A stretch of 60,876 bases of DNA, the filler included, from Sphacelaria rigidula (Eukaryota), in NCBI GenBank assembly GCA_964200075.2. It is 5 parts of 5 records of this genome, joined end to end, with 100 filler letters (N's around TTAATTAATTAA, not from the genome) between each part and the next. Parts side by side here need not be neighbours in the genome. Positions count along the whole stretch, not along the records: positions 48,785 to 60,876 come from CAXNAA020004134.1; 4 more parts are not named here. One strand, 5' to 3'. The notes under the pieces are model-generated. The model was not told where the DNA came from. It was given only the letters and a program-made list of their open reading frames with translations, and did no database searches. Position 1 is the stretch's first letter, and the number at the start of each line of letters is the position of its first letter. This document shows positions 51,090 to 60,876 of this stretch, piece after piece. Made by a program: the position numbers and the translations under genes.

Positions 51090-54000
51090 TCCTTTAACCT
51101 TGGCTTTCGATACCATACAACCACAAATATTTCCGTGCAATGTCTTGCCATTACTTGTGCAGTACGCAGACTTAGTTGCCCTGCTTTATCTTTTCGCCCT
51201 TCATGCCTAGCGTACCATGCAAGGTGACTGCGCGACTACATACCGTGTCTTTGACATTTCCTACAGACCCTACATATGGTTTTCAGACACTCATTCCGCC
51301 GATGTGGTCGCTGAACCCCCTTGGGGGGGACGAAGCACGAGTTTCATATTTTTCGCTGGTTGTTGACTCGCGTGCACATCCTTTGCCACAAAACAACGCG
51401 GCTTTCCACCATGAGAACGCCGCATGATCAGAAAAGAAATGCACAAGCTTCTTGACCGAGGTGTTGCTCACCCAACTTTCCCCGGCAAAGTTTGTCGACT
51501 ACACCATTTTATGCTCAGTAAATTTCGCCAATTTCGCCAAATACATCTTTACTGCAGGGTCTCACAGGTTCCTTAGCCTGTTGATCGATAATACCGGCAT
51601 AAAACCAGCCCCCTCCAAATCCAACGCAATTGTTCAGACGTCACGTCCATGCAATCGAAAAACTACATTCGTTTCTAAACCCACCGGGTACCTTGGACAG
51701 TTTGTCCAGGAGCGTAGAATTCTAGTCGCCCCGCTGAACGATATTCTAAATAAGTAGGAAAGGTAACCATATTGCTGCACGATGTAGGTACACGCGCGCT
51801 CTCCCTATGCTGTCAAACTCATGTGCCGTACAACTGCAGCAAGACTTCACCACTTGTCATTTCTGTGCTTTGTCTCCGTATATTCAGTACAACGTACCTC
51901 ATAATTATATTTTTATTCAGCATGCGTTGTCTAATTTTATTTTCGCCATAATTATGTCTACAGTTTCACAGGATTCGAGAACGTAGGGGGACGGCTGCTG
52001 AAAAGGTTACAGAATTGTACAAATCTTGGCCCCAGAGAAAGTATGTTTCACGCACACTATTGCGCAATCGTACCCTACCCGACGACCCGACGCCATGCTA
52101 CCGTCTGACATATTCCCCTTCGAGCTCTGGACTGGCCATAAACATTACACACGTACCACCGCTGTCTCAATAGCAAGAAGTTCCTCCCATATCCGCCCAC
52201 CCCATCCGAAACATCTCATACCCGGGGTGTTTGCGTCACACTTTGAGGGGGACCAAACTGGAACGCCACACCCACATTCCACCTGACCCCTGAATTTGTG
52301 TCGTGTTGGACTGCATTGCCTGTATCTGTCACCATGTTGGATTGTCTAGAACTCTACGTTGTTTCAGGCACTGACGGGTGGGGAAAAGGGAAAGACTGCA
52401 AAAGGGGGGGGGCGTACTCATTTGTTTCGAGCATCCAAGTAATTCCCCCAGCTGCTGTAATCTGCACTGTTCCCAACTCCTTCACCAACTTCACTGCATC
52501 GAAGTATTCTCTGAGCTGTTGTAACCTGTACTGTTCACAACTTGTTCACTAATTTTGCATCCAAGTATTCATCAAAGAATACCTCGAGTAGAGAGGGTGA
52601 TAACGTACATCCTGGTGCGACTCCCTGCAAAATATAAAAAATATACTATAAAAATATTTCGATATTTCCCTGTCTAGTACTATCGCACTTTTGGCACATT
52701 TCCGTCGTCTTCATCGTCGACACCTTTTCTTTGATCCCAGTTCCTCACATATTTTCCCACAACCCATTGCCCCACACTGCGTCATGAGCCTTTCGCACCT
52801 GTATCACCCCACAGTTTCTTCGACCCCGCCATCGCACTCAAAGCACCCCGCTTCCCCACGTAGTGATTGATGCCTTGAAGCTTTTGCTCATAGGTGCTAC
52901 CTCCTGGAAAGGCTATAGCAGTGCCGAGCTGAAGCACCACGTGTATGATTATGGGAATTTCTTTCGGCGAGTACGATACGAAGATGGAGACTGGAAAGAG
53001 CTATCTCGCGGGAAACTCGAGCGCCCCAAGCTGGAACGGAGGAACCAAAGAGAGACTGGAGCCAAGGACGTTTACGAATAGCTGTTGTGTGATGTGGTAT
53101 ATGATATTATTGCGAGAGCAATGGGCGATGAAATAAGGGAATGAGTAACTATATATCGCTGCTACCGTACGCTTCAGTCATGAATTTCGAGTGTTCTGTC
53201 GTTTTTCTTTTGTCGCTTTGTGTTATTGATTGCTCCCCATTTGGTAACATACGAGCACATGTGTGAGCCAAGGCGCGTGGGCTCTAGTTCCAGTAGAATA
53301 GGCGTCAGTAGTTATAGAAGAGCACCCCTCAAAAGCTGCACTCCTGTAACTGTTGATCAGTTCGTGGAAAGGTTGTTTTTAGCGAGATTCAAGCCCAGCA
53401 CTACCCCAGAATCCAGTGTAACTGATCCAGGGTGTCGACGCGCGATCAAGCTAACTAGCCGAGCGTTCTCCAGTCTAACTGAGATCCCGGGAAAACGACA
53501 GCAACCGTTCGTGTCTGCTGTTTCTGTCGTTGGAAAGGGCGTTATAGATTTTTTCCTTTCCTAACTGATGGAGTTTTCCCCTGCTTATCAGGGTTTGCCC
53601 ATTCATTAGATCTTCAACGTCTTTTCCCCTGTACTGTAATTCAGCAGGTTTTTCTCGTTTTACTTTCAGGCGTATGATGCACAGGCTTTGTTTGAGCAAT
53701 GCTACGGTAGGGGTGCACTTTTTTCGCGAAATTTTGTCTGGTGCAGGGGCTCCTAACGATTCTAGGCGCACAAGGATATGAGCAAGGGCATCCCCGTTTG
53801 CAGATTTATCCGGGAAATCCCCAGCACATTGAAATAGTAATCCTGGCGTACTCTCGCAAATTTCCATAAGACGTGTTTTGGATGAGATGAGGGGCTCCTA
53901 ACAATTCTAACCTCAGAAATTATTTCTGTACCCCTACCGTAGCATCACTCGTTTTTGTTCTGGCCCTTCCAGCCCTCCAATAACTTTTTTTTAGCCATAT

Positions 54001-54470
54001 AAATATGGCTAGGGGGATGTTACAGATTTATTGGTCATTGTCCAGTCGATTAGGTCCTCATGTGTCATACTTTGTCATGCTTGGCACATGATGGGTCATA
54101 CTACATTGTGGTTGGATCGAGCCGGCTGCCCTCACGTGTCACAGCGTTTTGGACTATGCATCTCAATTAGCAAAGCACAAGTTAGCCTGTACGCCAATAA
54201 TACGAGAGCATCTACGCCATCACGGACTGCTATCTCAGAGGGATCTCTGGTCTTTTTACAATGTAAGCCTGACCTCCATGCAAAATTTGTTGTTCTGGCG
54301 TCTGAGCGGCTCATCGGATCTGCAACCCGACGCTGCGAACATGACTGGCTCTGCACTCGGTAAAGTCGAGCTCGATGGCTTCGATACTCATAATTGTGTT
54401 TGAGCCCGCTAGCCCAGGTGCCCACTGAACTGGCACCTTCCTACCTAGGTGGTGAGTATCGTACCATGAC
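51090..54470 (+). repeat. ~3.4-kb composite repeat, copy 2
   Basis: Homolog of 41630-44775; carries an extra MITE; includes the Tudor-like ORF fragment FRRVRYEDGDWKELS (52863-53081). Confidence 0.92.
53694..53950. mobile_element. MITE, GAG..CTC termini, 4-bp TSD GTTT (Sola2-like)
   Basis: gttt|gagcaatgctacggtagggg...cccctaccgtagcatcactc|gttt; the empty site is visible in the paralog near 42085. Confidence 0.9.
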
Positions 54471-57377
54471 ATGTCCGCTGTACTACAGTGACATTTGACT
54501 AATGCTTACGTCCGACTGCCGAATTATATACCTGTGCGCAGATCTGGGCTTCGATCTCAACATAACAGCTTGTCCATGAAACTCATCACTGGTCGTTGTG
54601 GTGGCATCACCTCTCCTCAAGTGATTTTCGGAAAGTGATGGGGGCACTTTTGATACGACCCTTGTCTTCACTTCCACCGCACGTTGGGCTTGAGCTTGGG
54701 CGAGGCTAGCTGATATTCTCGCAGCCCTCTGTTGCTTCAAGGCTTGAAACCTTTCTAGCCTGTTCTCGTGCATGCCATGGCGCCCTATTTGTTGGGTGAC
54801 ACAAATGGGTTCTGTTCGGGCGGCCGCCCCTTCCTTGGCGTCATCTCAGGCTACGGCGTGAAGGGTAAAAGCATGAGAGAGTGCTAGAGTTGTTGTATAC
54901 GTAATTAGTCGGCAGCATTACCTTTTCGGTTGCTTTTTGAAACGCACGCCACCGCCTTTAATAAAATACTGGACGGCGTTCCGTCAAACAACCGCTGCCT
55001 TGTGTATAAGACGAGCTAGCGCTTGAAAAATGCTCGTGGGATGTGGGCGTCTATGCGTCGGTTTTCGTGGCTCGATGTATCGGCGCTGTGCTACCTCGTT
55101 GGTCTTGTCCGCAGCACTTCAGAGTTTCTGGGCTAACGCTGCTTCCAGAACTGCCGCAATTTTTACGTGTGCGCAGATCTATGCCTCGATCTAAGCAAAA
55201 CTTCTTGTTGATGAAACTAATCACTGGTCGTTATCGTGGCATCACTTCACGACCGGAGACGAATTCACTCGACCGGAGACCCTACTCCCCGACGCAAGAC
55301 AGCAATGCAGAGAGACTGTCGCGACACACAAGGTCTGCAACGAAGAGTGTGTCTGTTTGCTCGATCGTGAGCGGCATACAGACGATACCGCGTTTGCGCA
55401 CGTCGCCACAAGGTTTAATTGGGTTGAGCAAAGAGAGACAATTAGATACACATGTACACCGACGAGGAAACATGAGACGGCGTGTTTTTAACCCCGTACA
55501 CCACCTGCGGACATAGAGCATTAAAACCACGGGACTATAGTTCATACCAGGGCTCACGGCAGTAGACGCACTACGCGTTAGCGATTTCACCACTAACCCA
55601 TCCACACGTGGTAGGTCGCCCATGCCCCATACGCGCTCAAGGATCCATAGGCCAAAAATATATGAATATGTGAACGTGCGCAGAAGAAAAAATCATTTTG
55701 TAGAAAAATGAAATATATACCGTGTACGTCGACCTGGTACAGGCATCATCAGTCGTGTTAACGGGAGTAGTAAATATGGGGGGTGGGGGTACGCGGGAAA
55801 AAATGTAACGGGTGGGGGGGTGTGGTGTGCGAGCGGTCAAACGTACATATTCTGAAAAATTATTGCTGTGAAAGGTTCCGCACACTGCAGAACTGCTTTA
55901 TATCTTGTGTTCAGTGTGCTACTCGGCACATCATATACCACTGCAGAGCTGTCTTGTCCTGAGTGTACCACCCTGTACTGCAGATAATGGGGTCATCTTT
56001 TGAGCGGTTCTTGAAAAATTGTTTTTTTTTAATTCTCGAAAAGTTCTGCTCGTTTTTCTGTCACAGAAATCCAATACCGGATCTGGAATAGCCTGAGACA
56101 ACGACCAATTTGAAAATTGGGGAAAAGGCTCTCGCCTTAGGAGAGCTCACAAAATCAACTTGCCCACACACAGATGCCTCGAGTGCCGCGAGATTTGGAC
56201 TGTGAGCTTAGAATGACTTTGTTCATAGTTCGCTCAGTTACAACGATATCTTTCGGGGAATATGCACAATATCATGGTCGGATATTTGGTGGGAAGTTTC
56301 CGCTGGAAGCTTCTTGCATGTAAGGGTATTACGCGGGACATTTCCATAGCCCGCGGGAGATTGGCTTGATGTGTGGTTCTTGGCGTTTTAACCGGGAGTT
56401 GTTGATCTCCTGGAGGGTCACTCCCTTTGTTCTCCACCTTCATGCCAACATGCCATCATCGATTGTCGAACAGACTTTATACCCAAGGGATTTAGCCTAT
56501 TCATGAAATCGAAGGGAGTCATACTACGACAGGGGGAAGGGGTATTTTGGGCCATCTCTTACACGAAATTCCCCATGAAATCGTCGTTGACATCAGCAAC
56601 GGTTGTTCGAATGCGCTTGTTACCGATAATTGACGCACATTCATACTGCTTGACACCGCTTATACTCGAATACAGGGGCACTCCGAAGTCGTCTGACATA
56701 CGTATAAGTCCTTTTCTGGTAAAACAAAAGGGCCCTCCCCCCTCTATGATAGAATGACTCGACGGTGATGCAGAAGCCACACTATTGCATGGACAGTGAT
56801 CGCCATTTCATATTTGAGATATCAGGGGAATAACTCGTACGGTTCATTAACGGAAGATCTGGGGATCAAATCCCGGCTCCCACCAACGCGGTGAGAAGCA
56901 AATATAGAAATGCACCCTGAAGTTAAGCGCGCATCACAAAGTCCTAAAAACAATGGGGGAACAGACAACCAGGCGGCGACCTTCGAAGCAAAGTTCGGTC
57001 TCAAGAGAAAGTTGAATGAAGAAATCATTGGCTTGGTAGCCCAACACACATTAATCATATGTGGATAAACGTGAATGCCATCATCTTCAGCCGGCGAAAA
57101 TGGATACCTCCCACAAAGCTCTTCTCGTTAAACGCAAATAGTCTTGAAAAAGGGGGGGATGATGTGGAAACCACTACATGGGAAAGTATTCCCACAACTG
57201 TCCGTCGAAGACCCAACTTTTTAACAATGATTTCGGGTGTACGGCGAGCCGGCATAGTATAAACATGCTTCATGTACAGAAGAGAAACTCTCTCCAGGGC
57301 CAAACACCGCACTGCCGTCGTAGGCAGTAGGCACGCGTCCGGCGCAGCTTTTGAGCCAGAGGAATTACTCCGTCAAT

Positions 57378-60341
57378 TTACTTTGCCAGATGGCGCTCGA
57401 TGAAGTTCACAATGGCGTCGACAGAGGCACGGCGCTGCTCCTGGGGCTCGATGGTTGCCTGAGAATGAAAAGCACGGGAAGTTCAGGACGAGCGTCATTC
57501 GGTCGGATAGTATGATCCACACAAAATCCACCGTGTCTTCCACGGGACACTCAGCACCAGTACCAGCATCATCAGCAACAACACCAACAACATCAACAAC
57601 AACCCCAACCCCAAGGAAAGAGTAAGAGCGGGTCGCACCTCCCAGTCTAGGGGTTGGAGACTGTAGGACGCGAATCCTCTGTGGTTGCCTCCCTCGACGT
57701 CCACCACTTCGGTGCCATCAGCAGTGGGCAGACCCTGCCAGTGTACTCGCCATTGGACGTCACGAACGTAAGCGTTCACAAACGCAGGTGAGGGTAGATG
57801 GGGCGAATGGGGAGGGGGGGAGGGGAAGAGAGGGAGTGCGCTCACAATTCAGCATTCAGTGGTCGCAGCACCATCAACTTCGTATACCTACGAAGCCGGA
57901 AGGGAGCACGCCGGATTTTCGCCGGCTCGCAATTACCAAGCGCGAAGCGCCGTGATACATTTGAATGGCGAGCTGCATCCTACTCAGGTTGGGGGCGGGA
58001 GGGCGGGGTTGTACTCGTGATCTTGCATGCCGTGGTTATATGACCATCGACCTCGCACCCCTACAAAGCCGCGACGGAGCACGCCGAGTTCTCGCCGGAC
58101 CAGGCTCGCAATCAAACACGAAGCGCGAAGCGCTGTAATGTGTTTAGCGATTCGCATGGAGGGTGAGCTCCATCCTGCTAAGATTGTTCGGTCCGAAGCG
58201 TACTCGTTATCTTGCCTATGGATGATAGCCTTCAATCAGTTGTTTCATTTTGTGATATCGTCACTTCCAGAGACGCGCGGGGGGAAAAGGGGGGGGGGGA
58301 CGAGGTAACCGGGGACACCCGACATATTTCATGCGGGAACGCGGGGGAAAGGGAGGACGGCTCCGCCCCCTTGACTTTTCTAGTTGCTACAGTGACTCAT
58401 CCTTGCCGTGCAATAGGTACAAACAATGGCATCAGACTTGTCGAGAATACTATGCGCGCGATACTATTTACTACTATGCGAACGTAACATTAGTCAGGAG
58501 CGGCGTCGGCATATTCAGTAACACCACTCGCCTGTCCAAGGGTGCAGGGATCACGAGAGCCTCGGATGAACAGGACGGGTATCTTCTGCTCGGCCGGAAA
58601 TGGAACGAACGGGACCCCCATGCACACCACGCCACTGACCATGCCGGGGTTCGCGTAGACGAACTGTAAACGAACAGACAGTGCGACCCGGTGCGCGTTT
58701 CACATGTGTCTTGTTTGCAATGGTGCGAGAGACATGACCGGCGCAAATCGCCAGTCGTTGTGTCGCTGGAGGCTCCGATTCCTCGCCTTGAATGACATAC
58801 GACCAGCACGCTTCTTCTCCATCGTCCGCTGGAGGGGTGGAGATTTATATCTGCGCACTTTTTCTACACTATCGTGGAGTAATCAACATCAGTGCTCAAG
58901 GATCACATACTATTTTGGGCCGAAGAATGTTTCTCTGCTGGCGACGATGAGGAAAAGCGTGTGTTGCTCAGTCTAAGCGCATCACCGGTGTTTCCTAGTC
59001 AGAACATGCGTCCAGGCCAAACACCACTTGTCCCGCGAGACCAAATACACTCGAGAGGATATTGCAGACGGTGAAGGCGGGGATTATCGCCCACGATAGA
59101 AAGTGGATTTTCCTTGAGAAGCTTAAAAAGTTCCTATGAAATAGATGTCCTAATTCGCACAATAGCGAGGGTTGACTTGGTTGCGCTTCATATGGTTCGT
59201 CTTCACAGAATAATGTGAACACATTATGAGCCAAGATGACTCGGAACAATGGGAAATAAGGTAAAGAACAAAATCACACCCTGCACAATAGATTCCATTA
59301 TCAAAACGTGTACTGCGTACAGTATGGAATCTATTGTCGATTGCAGTAGATGCAATTTTTTATACTGTATGCAGTACAATTCTTCACAGTACAATATTCT
59401 GTCCAGGGTGTGAACAAAATTGAAAAACAGAAACATTCACCCACATCCAAGGCTCCCCCGTAGGAGCTCGGCTAGCCTGTAGGAGTAGGGGAGATACTGG
59501 TGTCCCACAACAGCTGTTCTTGGCTACGTTGCCAAAGAGGGCGCTGCCGAAGGGAGAGCGACCCAGATCGAAGTGAGAGGGTGCGCTAGATGATGGGCTT
59601 CCCTCGTCTCAACCAAGACCCCTTTTTCAACATGTACAGGCCGTCAACTCATACTTGACGGAAACAAAAATAAAAATACACGTGCAGATCCGATGCAATC
59701 CCGACCAGTAATCATCACTGTCTCATCATACCTGCCCCAACAAAGTCCCGTAGCTTGGGGCTACAACATACAAATATTTCAACCAAGCCTGGACCGTCGC
59801 CTCAACGGCAACATCGGTCCAGCATTTATTTATCTGCCGCAATCCGCACAGCACCGGTTATGGATCTCAAATCTAGCTAGACAAGAATACGCCAACATGA
59901 GCTTTCATCCGCATGTTCTGGCATTGCTATTTTGCAAGAAACGCCTCCAGAATGCCGTGACAGGTGAATGTTCTTCATCGTAATACAGAAGACACAACAA
60001 CCGATCGTGCGTTTTTAGTGGTGGGCCAACAGACAATTGTTGTTCGTCCGCGTAGGTGCAGCAACAGGAGTGATGCACATGCCACGTACCGTACAAATAG
60101 TGACGACTGCAGTAGCATGTCACAGATCTGCAGTCGTGCAGAAGATATATATTCACAACTCACTGGTGAAATGCGGAAATTGTGCCCTGCCAGACGCTCG
60201 TGGACGTGGTTTCACTCACGTTGAGAATCCCTATGCCGCCCATGGAGTGTCCGATCATCACCCATTTCGTTGGAGCCGCCGGTCCGCCTTGCTCGCGCGA
60301 AAGCTTCATGATATCCAGGGCGTACTCCATCCCATAGAGGG
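57378..60341 (-). CDS. Alpha/beta-hydrolase fold protein, 3' exons 60341-60220, 58663-58532, 57734-57639, 57458-57378
   Basis: Nucleophile WVMIGHSMGG, acid IPVLFIRGSRDP, His VEGGNHRGFASY, end ATIEPQEQ...LAK*. Splice phases are consistent; one GC donor; 5' exons are missing. Confidence 0.88.
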
Positions 60342-60804
60342 CTAGTATCAGGTGAAAACAAGCAACACGAAAATCAGGGTAGAGGAAAGCGCGCCGCACC
60401 GTTTACGGAAATTCAAAGCGAAGGGGGGACGCTGTCGAACGCGCAGCGTATGACCGAGCAATGATATGGGGGCAAGCACATTCGTTCGTGCTAGCTAAGC
60501 GCCATGTATGTGTGTGTGTTTTTACGTGCTTACAACCTCCCCGGCGCGCCTGCCCTCCTTGGGACGAGTCCGTGGTATCGAGGTATCGACGGCGCGTCGG
60601 ACAGAGACCAAAAAAAAATTCTAGCCGGGATTGTAACCCCACGAATGTCTCCCGACAAGTGCTCATGTTTGATTTTGATAAATGTTTCGCGGAGGCGCAT
60701 TTGTTGTGTGATACAATGCAGGAAATGGTAGAACCGGTCAGAGGCAGTTGTACTTTTGACTTCAGAGCAAGAATGGTCGATGAACAGAGGAAGTCGGGGG
60801 GAGT

Positions 60805-60876
60805 GTGGGGGGGGGGCGTTCTCATGTGTTGCTTGCCTTAGTCGTTTGACCATTGACCACGCATCCCTTTCGAGAC
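60805..60876 (-). mobile_element. LINE-like 3' fragment at the contig end
   Basis: Same family as 12308-12400. Confidence 0.65.

Noticed and set aside
41630-54470. Giant inverted repeat or 13-kb element with 3-kb TIRs
   Set aside because: The two arms lie on different contigs across an artificial spacer, so their orientation and distance are arbitrary.
56230-57310. Degenerate coding region
   Set aside because: Short ORFs with frequent stops and no recognisable motif; may be 3' flank of the hydrolase.

Overview
Eukaryotic, intron-rich and repeat-rich DNA, most likely from a brown alga (inferred from a mannuronan C-5-epimerase-like gene, a Pmp-like membrane gene and the intron style). The window is not a contiguous locus. 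It is five contigs of 12098, 12096, 12096, 12094 and 12092 bp, in descending size order, joined by identical 100-bp N/TTAATTAATTAA spacers, so nothing can be inferred across the gaps. Host genes, all partial: the 3' exons of a mannuronan C-5-epimerase-like gene; an LNR + GGA/FxxN beta-helix membrane protein; a multi-exon WD40 gene; and an alpha/beta-hydrolase. The most interesting object is an 8.5-kb DIRS-order (PAT/Ngaro-type) retroelement at 1992-10515. It has intact split direct repeats, a degenerate RT/RNase H and no tyrosine recombinase. Its ORF1 reconstructs in frame across a nested DNA transposon and an apparent 2.2-kb GT-AG intron. The rest is nested TE debris: several MITE families with TSDs, LINE and Gypsy remnants, a tRNA-derived SINE, long hairpins and tandem repeats. 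All calls were made by eye, without database searches.
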